A stretch of DNA of 64,000 bases, from assembly GCF_009914755.1 (NCBI RefSeq), contig NC_060940.1, one strand, 5' to 3'. Of this stretch, positions 27,721 through 43,440 are shown piece by piece. The notes under the pieces are model-generated. The model saw only the letters and a list, made by a program, of their open reading frames with translations. It made no database searches and was not told the DNA's origin. The translations under genes and the position numbers were made by a program. Origin of the DNA: the human T2T-CHM13v2.0 reference genome, Homo sapiens. Position 1 is the stretch's first letter, and every line of letters starts with the position of its first letter.

Positions 27721-29104
27721 CCCAGCTTCCTACAGAAGCCAACTCCCTCAAGAAGAGATGAAGATTCGGCTCTATGTTGGTGGCGTGGCGTTGTGTACCT
27801 AGAACAATGGTAGGCCACTCTCTGAGTCCCTGTGGGGATTTTCTAGGGTAAATCAGACCTTGATTCATGTTCACTGTCCTTGCTGATGAGTCCTTATCAC
27901 CCCCCAGACTGCAACTCCTACAGCCGTTAGATGTTATGCTCACTTTCACCCCATCCCTCAGACTCAGACCTTCGCATTCAATCCCAGGGCTTTGGTCATG
28001 GGTAGTTCCAGCTGTCTGCACCTCACAGTTGACAACCCCTCACCTCCTGCCTCCCCAAGGCCACTCTCTCCCCGTCGCACCCAGGCTGCCAGGGTGACTT
28101 TCAAAACACTCTTCTTTCACTGTAGACCCATAAGATGTGGGAACTGGCAGGGACTTTAGAGACAGTGCATCCTCTCTGATCTTCCTTGCAGGATTACAGC
28201 TGGGAAACTGAGTTCCAAAGGCAGGAAGAGACTTGCCTGGGGAGGCTGCTCTGGTCCTCAGGCCCTGGTCTTCGTGTGGGTCCCCAGGTGTGGTGGAAAT
28301 GGCGGGGTGGTGAGAGAGGGCTGGGGTCATGATGGATGGAGAGGATGTGAGTAGAGTGATTGGGAGGAGTGGGGATGGGAGGGGGACTTGTGGGTGTGTG
28401 GCAGGTGTGTGTGCAATGTGCACACGTCTGCATATGAGCATGTGTGGCTCCTACCAAATGACCCCAGGTGATGGAATCTGGAATGGATGGGGAAAGGGAG
28501 TTGGGCAGGAGCCCAGCAGTGTCAGCTAGTTAATAGATAAAACCCATTCTTTGGGATTCTCATTAGGGCGCTGAGGTCTCCATCCACTTCAGACTCAACT
28601 TGTGTCCATACAGACCTCACTGAGGGCTTCCAGCAGGCTGTTCTGCTCCCAGCTCTCCTGGGAGGAGTGGGCGTGGGTTTTAATTCTTGCCCAGAGCCCT
28701 GCTGACAGGTGGTGCTCTGTCTGGAGGCGAACCTGGGGCCCAGCTCGGTGGAACCATTTTCAGCTGTGTACCCCAGTAAGTGCTTGGCCTTTCAGATCAT
28801 AGTTTCTCTCATGTGCGTAAGAAGGGGTGGGTCAGGATGGAGGCGGTTTCCAAACACCAGTCTTCCATGCCAACATCTGCCCCCTAGACTTGGCAAAAAC
28901 CAGAACAATAAGGACAATGCCATAAGTTGTTCATGAAACTAAATGCATCCAGTCTAATGGATTATCCTTTATTCTGAGATGACGTCCTTCCTTTTTTTGA
29001 TATTCAAATGCCCTTTTGAAAATCAAATGATAGAAACTCTGTGTGTGTGTGCACGTGTGCGCATTTGTATGCTTGTGAATAAAGGCATGCTGATGAAAGA
29101 AAGG

Positions 29105-29690
29105 CAGTGCTTATCATAGTGTGGTCTGAGAATGCCTGGAGGTCCCCAAAACACTTTCAGGGGGTTTAGAAAGTCAAAACTGTTTTCATAATAGTACTAA
29201 GATGTCATTTGCCCTTTTTACCCTGTTGACATTTGCACTAGTGGTGCAAGAGCAACAGCCAGTAACCTGCTAGTCTGGTAGCACGCATCAGGCTGGGACG
29301 TTCTTGCAGTAAAACAAAAAAGAGAAAAAGAGACAATGTCACTTAAGAATGTCCTTGAAGCAGAAAAATTTATTAACTTCTTCATTTTTCAACCCTTGAG
29401 TACAAGACATTTTAATATTCTGTACAACCAAGTGAAGGTGTGCATGAAACATTTCTCCTGCATACTGAAGTATAATAGTTGTCTTAAGGAAAAGTACTTG
29501 TGCAATTGAGTTGTTAGCTGACCTAGCTGAACATCATTTTTACTTGAAAAAGGAAGACTAACAGAAAAATTATGGTTATGCAATCTCAAGTATTGGTAGA
29601 CATTTTCTTGAAAATGAATAAAGTGTGCCAGTCACTTCAAGGAAAATAATGGACCACATTTGTCACCAATGATAAAATTCAGGCTTTCAA
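29105..29690 (+). mobile_element. Charlie1-type hAT transposon fragment
   Basis: cagtg...gtgtggtc...gtcaaaactgttttcataata end; decayed transposase motifs VDICT.GA and HTEV..LS.GKVL. Confidence 0.75.
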
Positions 29691-29776
29691 GATAATGGAG
29701 ATAAATGCCTGGAACAGGGTGGCTGTCCAATAAAGTCTGTCTTTCCCCTCTTTCTTCTACTCCTATTTCCTCCTCT

Positions 29777-30064
<288 letters not shown>

Positions 30065-30104
30065 TGACACTCTTCAGTGTCAATTTTCCAATGAGATGGG
30101 GTAG

Positions 30105-30530
30105 GAGGTATTGGTTTGGGCACGGAGTAAGCTGCTGTAAGAACAGTCCCCCAAATACAGCAAGTTCAACAAGATGGAAGATTATTGCTCTCATGGAAAA
30201 CTCTAAGCAAGGAAGGGGTCTGGGAATGGAAGGCAGTTTGACTCCATGAAGTGGATCAGGAATTCAGGTAACTTCCATCCTGTGCTCTGCCCTCTCCATG
30301 GTGGAAGCTGGATCTCTGTGCTGTGTCTATGTTTCAGTCTGCAAGAAGGCAGGGAGAAGATGGGAAGGGCTAGCACACATTGCTTCTGTTCACATGCCAT
30401 TCACATATGGCCACATGTAACTGCCTGGGAGGCTGGAAAGTAGTGTAGTTTCTAGTAATATGGCTATTCTATGACTAAAAAGAAAAAAGGGAGAAAGGAT
30501 TCTAGGGGATGGATGACAGTTTCTGCCACA
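30105..30530. mobile_element. MLT1-like LTR
   Basis: aagctgctgtaagaa...ggccacatgtaactgcctgggaggctggaaagtagt. Confidence 0.5.
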
Positions 30531-31951
30531 ATATGAGTGGGGTAGGATCAGAGGAGAAAAATGTGGGAATAGCAGAAATGTAGCACCTATGAGCTCACAG
30601 CTTCAAAGAGATGCTCAGGTGAAATCCCAGAGAGGCCCACCTAGACTCAGCACCCTGCTGCTGCTACCTCTTCTCACCTCATCAGTCTGTGCATGGTATG
30701 TAGGCCACGTGTCTTTGCATTTCCTCCAAACATCTGAACATGGTGGATCTAGAAGGCACTTTAGAGATCCCCTTTTATTCTGTAAAAGGAGAGGCACAGC
30801 CCCAGAGACAGAAGACTCTTGACCAATGACACACAGCAAGTCAGAGTTGGGATTGGGACTAGAACCAAGCTTTCCCACTCCCCAGGCCCATAGCTCTCTT
30901 GCCATAGCCCACAATATCTCTTTGATGATGCACCAGGCCCTTTCCCTTCTGATACATCAGATGGCTCCCTCCCTGAGCTGACCACCTGATTCCTTATCCT
31001 CTGTTACCTTGAAAAGCATGAATATACGTTAAATAGGAAAGGAATGAAGCAAACATGTATCACACAGTCGAAAAGAAGAATAGGCATAGGCATGTAGTGT
31101 AAGAAAGGTTATTCAGGGAAGGGGCATTTCCATCCCTTTTTATTCATACACCACCCAAGAGTCTTTTGAATGCAGGTGCAAAAATCCCACTGAAACCTGC
31201 TTACAAAATTAAGGAGGATTTATTGGCTTATATAGTCTCCAATTCCATATTTTTAGGATGGGTCACTTTTAACACCCTACTCCTGATACCAATTTCTACA
31301 TCACTTGAGATGTCTTGTTGACAAGCAGTAACAATGGGCTCTGACTAAACTGAGACTTTTGGGCATTTATTGGAATAATCCTGGGGTGGTCTCAATGAAA
31401 GGACTGAAGAAAGGGCTGAAGAACCAGATCTGGAACTTATATCTCAGAGGATATCAGCAGCAGAAGAGTCTGCTACCTTCCTACCCTGAGTCTGTATGCA
31501 GAGGCAAAGTGTGGGCAAAGGAATTCTGGTTGCATGCCTACCCTATCTGATACCAGAAGAAAATGGGGTAAACATGGGGAGCTATGACAGATAAAAACAA
31601 TCACCATTATGCCTTTAATTTCCCCTATAAATGCATACTATCATTATCCACATTCGCTTATTAGATTTGTATTTTTTCTCATTTTAACTTAAAGAAATAT
31701 GTATAGTTCTTATTGATGGCATCTTTCTAATGGGAGGCAGTACATGTAATACAACTTCTTGGCTTAATACTTACTAACTACATAACTTGGGCAAGTTACT
31801 CAACTTCTCTGAGACTTGATTTCTTCATTTTTAAGATGGGGATAAGAATTCCTTGTAGGGTATTTGAGATCATTAAGATAACTAATGCATGAAAGGATTT
31901 TAAAGTAGAGTGGTGGCCATTTTTATCATTTAAATTTTCCTCTCTCTTTAC

Positions 31952-32345
31952 TGTCTTAGGCTGGATTCCCAGAAGCAGACTCTTAGTGAAGGAAATGTAT
32001 AGGGGATGAGAAAGTGGGGCAGGGAAGGGAAGCAGATCCGGCAAGGATCCGATATCAAGCAAACTCCCACAGAGGGTAATTTTGGCTCAATTCCACATGT
32101 GAACTTTGGAGACATACGAGTCACAACTCAGAGTTGCATGAGCAGGGAACAAGGGAGCTGGGGTATTGATACTCCCATGTTGCCAATCATTGGTTGCAGT
32201 GTCTGGCAAGCTGTAGAAAGCATTCTGACAATGAGATGCAAGTGTTGGCTGTTGGGAGTCAAAGCACACTGGGGATCAGGAAAAGGAGCAGAGGAGGTAT
32301 GGACGAAACATGCTACCTGTCCTCAGTGGTGCTCATTTACACAAT
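31952..32345 (-). mobile_element. ERVL LTR (LTR16-like)
   Basis: Starts tgtcttaggctggattcccagaagcagac, the reverse of an LTR16-type 3' end. Confidence 0.5.
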
Positions 32346-33615
32346 AGACTTGAAGAGTGTTTTAACAAAGGGGCCAGGGTTAGAGAAAGCATGAAGGTGA
32401 GACTCAGCAGCCTGTTCCATCTGGGTCAGAGGTCACTCACTCTGACTCCAGGACTTTTTTCTTGGAGCTGCCAATTTGCAAAGTATTTCGAAATAGTAGG
32501 CTCAGCAAACTTGGAAAGGCAGGATGCTCAGCTCAAAAGCTGAGAGTAATTGTTTAAAATATGGGGTTGAGCAATCAGGGATTCTCACCTGGAAGCCTTT
32601 TGCACCATGGCATTTTGCCAGCAGGCCCTGTGCTGGATCAGGCTGCACGCACTGGCCCAGGCTCACAGCAGTGCAAAGAAATGAGTGGTTGTTCCCACGG
32701 CCCATGTTTTGAGGGTTTAGAGGCAGGCTCAGATTTCACAGTTGGCAAGAGGTCCCTCTGCTCCGGTATTCTACCCGTACTTCCTGATTACCTGTAAGAC
32801 CTCAGGCATTGACCTCGGCACTGGGGAAAACCTCACGTCTCACAAGACCACAGATAACTCTAGCTCCTGCGCTGCATCAAGAAGGACAGGCAGATCAAGC
32901 GTGTTGGAGGCATTGAGAAAAGAAACATCACTTTCCACCTGATCAAGAAAGGTCTCTTGAGTTGTCCTTGAAAAGAACAATCAAAGCGTCTTATTTAGCC
33001 AATAGTCTAAAAGTTATATATTTAATATTTATTTTAAGAACATTCACATGGCATTTACTACATGCCAGGAAAAGTTGAAGAGCTCTACACATATCAACTC
33101 AGTTCCTATTTGTAGGGAATGTGAAGCTTACTGGGGATGTTTGTGGGGATCTTGGCTGCCCAATGTGGGACCCCTGTTCCCTTTAGGTGTCTAACACATG
33201 TTCTCTTTCTCTTTGATGGCCAAGGCATGGCTGGCCAATGGGATGCTTCTCTCTCCAAAGGAGCAGGGAGAGCTGGAGATACCCTCCTTGCAAACAGCAG
33301 CTTGAGGATCCAGCGCCTGGTGCACAGGTAACCAGCAGTGGTCTCTTTCTCCACCTCAACTATGCCTGTGACCTCTTCTGACCCTGGCCACACCTGCCTG
33401 ACTTTCCCTGCTTTCCGTCCATTTTTTTCTCAGTTTGATTTTACAGCCACCTTGGAGTCCCTTTTCTGTTAGGGTTCATGAGCATTGGATTCTGTTTTAG
33501 CACCCAGAACCTTGATTGGTTCAGAAGAGGAAGCTGGGAGATGAGGCCAGATGGAAACAAGACCAAGGAAGGTCTCAATTGCCAGATGAATTGTTTGTGA
33601 CTTTAGCCTTTGGTC

Positions 33616-34545
33616 TAGTGGTTCTTAAGCAGGGACATGCTTTAGGATCATCTGATACTTTGGTTAGCTATTACCACAATAATGCTACATAACAAGTGAC
33701 CTCCCACCCCAACCAGGGCATACAACAACAAAAATTTATTTTTCTCACTACAGGTCTGCAAATCGCCTGGGGTGACTCTGATGAACTTGATTAGTATTGG
33801 CTGAACTTGGGCCAGGGTACGGGATGGGTTCAAGCCTGTTCTGTATGTTTGTAATTTGGGGACTCAGGTTGAAAGGGTAGTGTCCATCTGGAGCAAACTC
33901 ATGGTGAAGAGCTGGAGTGCAAGAGATAGGAGTGGAAATGTGCAATGCCTCTTCAGACCTTGGCTTGGAACTGGCACAGCATCACTTCTACCCATATTCA
34001 ACTGAGCAGAACGCATGACACAGTCAAGTCCAACATCAGTGGTGTGGGGTAGTCCTGTCTGCTCACAGTGAATCGTGATACAGGGAGACAAGGAAGAATT
34101 GTGGACTAATAATTTAATCTATCACACAGGGGGTGTTTTTTCACAACCTGATATCCTGATTCCAACCCTCTGAGTGGAATTTTTTTTTTTAATTTTTTAG
34201 AGACAAGGTCTTGCTCTGTCACCCAGGCTGGAGTACAGTAGTGTGATCATAGCTCACTGCAGCCTCAAACTCCTGGGCTCAAGTGATCCTCCTGCTTTAG
34301 CCTCCTGAATACATGAGACTACAGGCATGCGCCACCATGCCCAGCTTATTTTTATTTGTATTTTGTGTAGAGCTGTAGTCTTGCAATGTTGTCCAGGCTG
34401 GTCTTGAGCTCCTGGTCTCAAGTGATCCACCCGCCTTGGCCTCTCAGGCATGAGCCCCCGTTCTCAGCTGGAATATCTGTATTTTGAAGAAGCTGCCCTG
34501 GTGATTCTGATGTGCATTCTCACGGGGTAAGTACTAAGTACCACT
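33616..34545. mobile_element. MER5 split by an MLT1 LTR (about 33656-34128) and an antisense AluJ-like (about 34180-34458)
   Basis: MER5 pieces tagtggttcttaag.../...ctgtattttgaagaagctgccctggtgattctgatgtgca; MLT1-type ttagctattaccacaataatgct. Confidence 0.65.
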
Positions 34546-34693
34546 ATGGACAATGAGAAGCCATTGAAGGCTTGGGCAGAAGAATGACATGAGCAGTTCT
34601 GGGCTTGGAAAATAACCTTGGGAAATAGGTGGCGGTAGAGGCTGGCAGATCTGTTAGTTAGCAAACTTGCATATGACCCAGAAGGGATGATGA

Positions 34694-35078
<385 letters not shown>

Positions 35079-38045
35079 CAAAACAGTACCTGTTTTATGA
35101 GCTCTTGTGACTCGGGGGCTTGACTGGGCTTGGTAGGGTAGTTCTGCTCCATGGGACTGCAGTCAATGGGGACCCATTTGGGCCAGACATCCTGGATGGT
35201 ACACACCCATGGCTAGCAGCTGTGGCTGGCTGTCTGCTGGAAGCTCAACTGAGGCTGTCGACTGACACACATACATGACCTCTCCATGTGGCTTGAACTT
35301 CCAGCACAGAAGCTGGGTCCTGAGAGGGAATGTTCCAGAAGTGTGCATTCCAAGAGGGAGAAAACAAGAGCTGCTTGTCCTCTTAAAGGCTAGGGCCAGC
35401 ACAAGCATGGCATTGCTCTACCACATTCTGCTAGTTCAGTGGCCACAGGGCCAGCCCAGAGGCAAGGGCTTCATGGGGAGAATGATGAATAATGTATGTC
35501 CACCTTTAATCACACCTGGACAGTAGCAGTGCTGAGGGAGGGATGCAGACTCAAGAGAGGTTTAGGGAGAGTGGACAGGACTTGGCACCTCATTGTTCAT
35601 GGAAGAAAGAACTGGGGATGCCAAGAAGGTGTTGCCCTGAGCATCTGTCAGGATGATCACTTTAATCCCTAGAGCCAGCCATGGGGTTCTGACATGGGGC
35701 AGCCTCTCTGCTAGGCGTTGCATGTGTTCTTTGGAAGGGAAAGATGATCGGCACCTTTGCCCAGGACACTCACAACCCTAATAGCATCGCATCCTAGTCA
35801 GATGAGCCAGGCTTCTCATAGAGCACTAATGGAAGCGGGCTCAGGACAGGTAAGTTTTGATAGCAGACGAGATGGAAAAAGAAAAATACTGGATGCTCCT
35901 GGGAGTTAAGAGGTGTAGAAGCCAGGATGGGATGTGGTATGCACAGGTCAGGGAGATGGACAGAGACTGGCCTCTGATTACCCTGAAGCAGTAAGTTCTT
36001 GCAGATGTTATCAGAGACTGAACTATTCCCCTGCCAGGGTGGCACAGGCCTCCCCCAAGTGGTGTCAGCTGATCCATGTGGGAGTCGAGATGGCAGCATC
36101 ATGTCATAATTTCCCTCCATCCTTGGCCCAGGGCCATCTGGTGAAGGGTGTCCTATAGTTCCGCTGAATGGGAGAGAATCCAAAAATCACCTTACCGAAC
36201 ATCACTAAGGTCAAGCTGAGGCAGTGTATGATATATATTTTTATTTCTTTTTTCACTAAAGTATTTTTTTTTCCCTCCAGCTCCCTGGCTAAGCTGGCTT
36301 TCCTTCAGATCTGGGGCTTCTGGTCTCGAGGTCACCTGTGTTTCCGGGCCAAAGATGGTTGTTAACTTGTTCCTCGGATTGTTCAGTTTCTCATTCCTGT
36401 GCTTTGACCAAGAGGCCAAGTCCATCCATTTAAAGTCATCTCCAAAGACCGGGCTTGGTTCCGGACATGGCGGGACTGGCTCAGGCAGGAGGCTGACTCA
36501 GCCGTGAGAAACATTAATGCCTGCCCATGGTCATTCTCTTCCTTCGGAATGCCAGGCTCCTGGGGATTAGATGTAAGGAAACTTATAGAGGCGTCCCAGG
36601 GCCACCACTTATAAATCATGTGACCTTGGGCAAGCTAGTCCATAAAATATGAGACTCGCTATCTCCATCCATAATGTTAGACTAAGACCTCTCAGGCAGA
36701 CCCTGAGTTCTGTGCATTGGACAGACCCTGAATTCTGTTAGGAGGACAATCTGCCTTCCTCAAGTAAGATAATGTCCCGCATCCCTCTTCCTTTGGGCGA
36801 CTTCATTCTTCCCATCCAGACTGTGGTTGGGGTGTGGTCACCAATCAACTCCATCTGGCCACAGGATTGGGCAAAAAACTCAATCATGTGGACTAATCAA
36901 ACTCCCACAGTGATTGGTCCAGGAATAGACACATGACCCAAGTTCCACCAATCAGATTCCTTCCCTAGGACTTTTTTCACCTGAGCTGGGGAAGAATTAT
37001 CTTTTCACTCTCAAAGCAAGGTTGTTAGGTTCTAAGACTGAAGCTGCTCTTTATCTCTTCTCCCAACACCTGGCTTACATGAGCCCATAAGTTTCCCTTC
37101 TTCTCGGACTAGTTTCAGTTGGGTTCTGACAGTGTACCTTACAATCAAAAAGTCCTGAAGAAAGCGTTACTTTTTGATGCCATTGTAATAATGATAATGA
37201 GAGCCGCTTTATTATATGCCTCCGGTTTGCCAGGTTCTGTGCCAAGAGCTTCCATATATTATCTCATGGCTTACCTCGACCTGTAGTTATTTGTGTGCCT
37301 GGTGGCACTCCCCGACTGCACCTAACCTCCTGGAGGTTGATTTCATCTCAACATTGCCCAGGGCACCCCGCTTGGTGCCTGTCCTGCACCTGGTGCATGG
37401 CAGCCTGACAGCCCCTCAGGGGGTCACCTTGGAGGGTCACACAGAGACGTGCAGTCCGTCACCACACGTGTTCCACAGGTCACATGGAGTTGGCCCTCTG
37501 GCCAGAGGTTGGCTGGGGACTGATCTTCATGGGGTGGCTACATAAAAGTGGGAGCCCTCCCCACTCCTGCCTCTCCTGCCGACCCCAGCCTCAGCCCCTT
37601 CTTTCCTAAGCAGCCTTTTCTATTATTATTTTAACAGCTGGCTCCAGAATTTTTTCTGGATACTGTGTAGAGGGTATGGGGAATAAGGAACTTGCTGCTC
37701 CTGCTAAGCCACCCGGGGTGAAGGTGAGATCTCCCTAGGGCTCCAGCTGGCTTGTGGAGGAAGAAGTAGCATCTATGCTGGGACTGACAGGTGGGCAGGA
37801 GTCAGGAGTTGGGAGAGCAGAGAGGGGAACCGCACAGAGAGGACCCAGGCTCAGGAGGCTGCGTGGGCACCTGAGGAACTGGCCAGATGGTGGAGCTCAG
37901 GGAGGCCTGGGGTGCGAGATGAGGAGGAGCCTGGACGTCCCAGCACTGGCTTTCATTATTCTAGCACATCTCAGGATTTTTTAAGAATAGAAAACCTGGC
38001 ATTTATATTGGCAACGAAAAATGCTTGAAATCTAAATTATTCTCA

Positions 38046-38432
<387 letters not shown>

Positions 38433-38463
38433 CTACAGCTTTCCATTGCTTAAAACCCTTTCA

Positions 38464-38780
<317 letters not shown>

Positions 38781-41099
38781 CTTTCAAAATATCTTATTGC
38801 TGTTTAGTTTCCATTTTCCAGGTTTTTAATGAGGCTAAGGAGCTTTTCAAAGGTTCACTCTTCCTGCCTAGCCATTTGGGCTGTGTAGTTCAAGAGGATC
38901 TGTAGCATCTTTTTACAAAGAAGAAGGTTAAGGCGTTAGGGGAGGAGCAGGGAGAACAGGAGGAAGGAGCTCCCAGGCCCTGTTTTCAGCCCTTCCTTCC
39001 CCTCCTCTTTTCTTTTTTGAGGCCTGCTCCATTCTCTTAGGGCCTGACCCTGACCTGCCAACCCCAGATAAGGTGTTGTGACTAGGCCCTCCTTCCCCCA
39101 GGGTTCCCCCTGGAGAGACCCAAGGCAATGGATGGAGGAGCATTGGCCCCACCCCATCTCCTCACCCCACTTAAGGGAACAGCATCTGAGGACAGGTGGC
39201 AGCAGGTAGTGTGGCCCCACCTCACTTCACATTGCAGGGAGCTCTGTCACTTTGCTCCTTTGTTGCAAATGCCATTGGAAAGGCCAGTGCTGTGCTGCCT
39301 AGTGAGGTCTTCAAGGTGTTGGCCGGATGCTTGAAGAAAGTGGAAGCCATGGAAGGTTGTATTCAGGAGAGGGGCATGGCCCCTTCTGAGCATGTTTCCA
39401 CTGGTGGGAGGCCATAGAGAGAATGATAAGGAAGGAGAATGAGGCCACGTGGATGACAGCTAACCCCTGCTGAGAGCCCATTCTGAGCCGTGCACTGTAT
39501 GCCATTTACTGGCAAAAGAGCATGAGTAGGTGGTCAAGGTCGCCCAGCTGACAAGTGACAAAGTCAGAGCCATCACATTTCACCTGAGATTCCTCCCCAG
39601 TTGTTTCAGGCATGTTCGATTTGTTTCCTAGCAATAACTTTGCAAGGATGGTCCTACTGTCCCCATTCACAGATGGGAAAACTGAGGGCAAATGGTAGAG
39701 CCAAGTAATGAATGTGTTCTGCTTGGTCTTTACTTCTCATGGATACTCAAGGAAGGCAGCAGGTCTGGGCAAAGAAGGAAGGTGTTTCTTCACCAGAAGC
39801 AAAATTTGTGTTGGAAAAGGGATCTTAGAAAAGCCCCAGCCTCGACATTCCTGAGCTCAGCCTCAGGGCTTTATACATACTTTGATGAACACTTAATATG
39901 TTGCAATTTTTCTGTTCTACCACAGGGTCAGCGCATACAGTTGTATAGGTTATGCACTGCACAACTCATGGAGTTCCATGGCCTAAACCTGAGGGACCCA
40001 TCTTGCAGTCTCTGAGATGGTGTGGAGTGGCGTCCACAGATGAGGGCTTTGCTGACAAGTAGCGGGGTTTGAATCTAGTCTTGGTTACTGGGTCGAGGAG
40101 CTTTTTCTATTCTCCTTGATCCCATTTCCTCATCTGTGAAGTGGAGATGGTATCATCATCTCTTCTCCCTCGGGGACTGTCAGGATAGCAGGAGAGAACA
40201 CACGGCATATGGCCCTTTACACAGGGCCTGGTACTAGTGGGGCCTTGGTAGAGTTCAGTTTCTCATACTTCTGTCTCTCTGAGTGGACTTGAGGGCAGGC
40301 AGAGGCCCTGTCTAACTCATTCCTGCATCCCCAGCGCCCAGCGCTGTCCTTGCACGTGGGAGGGACTAGGCACCCATTTGCTAAGGGACCAGAGAAATCA
40401 TGCTGGAGGCAGAGAGGGGATTTGGGGAACACTGGGGCAGCAGGCCCCAGTCCGGCATCCCCACCCCACCTTTTCCCTCTTGGAGACAGCCTGGTCTGAG
40501 TTATTTCCCTTCCCGACACTTCCCTGCCTCCAGGGCACATTTTCTCCAGGTGAGTCCACCCAGGCAGAGGGCGAAGCCAGCAGGCACAGGCTGGATTCCT
40601 GCAGAGGCGCGCATTTCATTTGGCCTGCACCATGGCTTCACATTTTTAAAATTAGTTGCCGATATTTTACAATTTGGAGATTTCACCTAGAAACCTGGAT
40701 TTCCAGCTATTCTTGAAAAATCAAAAGATCTAGCAGCCCTGGGCCTGCAGCTGGCAGCTGGTGTGCAGCAGCCACTGTTCCTTTGTGTTGGGTATATGCT
40801 GCTCAGTTTGCCACCAGATCCACCTGGTCCAAGTCCCCCTCCCTTATGACTCCTGCCCTTCCCCTGGTGAACCTGCAACCCCTGGCTCTATGGAGCGCCC
40901 GGGCCATCCCACTAACCTCACAGGTCTTGGTTTGGCAAATCATGACCGTGCCAGGGTCTTTGCCTGTGGAACGAGGATCTGTGGGGGTGCCTTCCAAATG
41001 TGCCAACCAATGCTCACGACCAAGCCTTCAGTGTAACGATCTGCCCACTTTCTCCTCCTCCCCCTGCCTCCGTGAGCCAGCGAAGCTGCTGCCCTGTTT

Positions 41100-41200
41100 G
41101 GGGACACAAACATACACACGTTATTAGAACCTCAGATCAAAGGCGGCGTCCTACAGCCTGCCTCTCAATGGTCCCTTTGTGCAGGCGGAAGCCTGCAAGA
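41100..41200. promoter_or_regulatory. Candidate enhancer with optimal TCF site AGATCAAAGG followed by CGGC
   Basis: AGATCAAAGGCGGC at 41134-41147, CCTTTGT near 41174, locally retained CpGs. Confidence 0.45.
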
Positions 41201-42039
41201 GAGTTAGAATCCAGGGAGAACAGGAGGGGCTGGAGGGGGGGCTCAAAACAAAGATACTTGTCACCCTGAGAAGTCCGCAGAAATGATGTTAAAAGAGGCG
41301 CCAGGTGGAGGATGTACCCCGGCTCGCTGCTGGAAGATGCAAATGGAGAATTCTCAGTTCTGCAGAGGAGAAGAAAACACCCCTGTCCCTTGTGGTTTCA
41401 GAGGAAGGGGTGACAGTGGCTGCCCACCCCCTCCGCCAGCAGCAGCCTGCGTCTGCCTTCCTGGCCTCGCCAGGGGTGGATGTGATACTGGCAAGGGCTT
41501 CTTGGAACGAAAAGGTGACAGTGACCTTGTCTTGGGCACAGAGTCAGAAGAAACAAAATGATGTGGGGGGGGGGCCTGGGGAAGGCCAGGGGAAGCCGTG
41601 GGGGCAGCGTCACCTCTGGCCAGATGGGCCTGTGTGTTCAGCCCTTCAGGCCTACAGCAAAGCATTTCAAAAGCCCCTACTGTGTGCCAGCCACAGTGTG
41701 ATGCGAGGCAGGAGCAGAGAGGATTAACTTGGGGTCAGGACCTCAGCGGAGGCAGAGAGGGCGACGCTGTTCTAACCAGGGCATCAGAGAGAGCTAGCAT
41801 CTGCTGAGGTCCCCTCGGCTGGATGCCCTACGCATTTTACACACATTGTCTCATTTATCTCTAGGGTTGGTTTGAACAAAGAAGTGCTTTGAGAGTTCAG
41901 ATGTGGAGCCAGGAACCCTGCCTGCCATGGGATGCAGGGAGAGGGGGTGGCGAGCAGGTATGGAAGAGAGGGTTTTCTAGGAGGGGAACAGAAGCCAAGA
42001 GGCCGCCGTGGTGCTGGGATGCGCAGGAGGCAGGCGGAA

Positions 42040-43440
<1,401 letters not shown>

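Noticed and set aside
29389-29589. Possible domesticated hAT transposase
   Set aside because: Motifs are broken by stops and frameshifts; a short fossil fragment.
36697-36738. 17-bp direct repeat cagaccctga(g/a)ttctgt with 25-bp period
   Set aside because: Two copies only; ordinary decayed slippage duplication.
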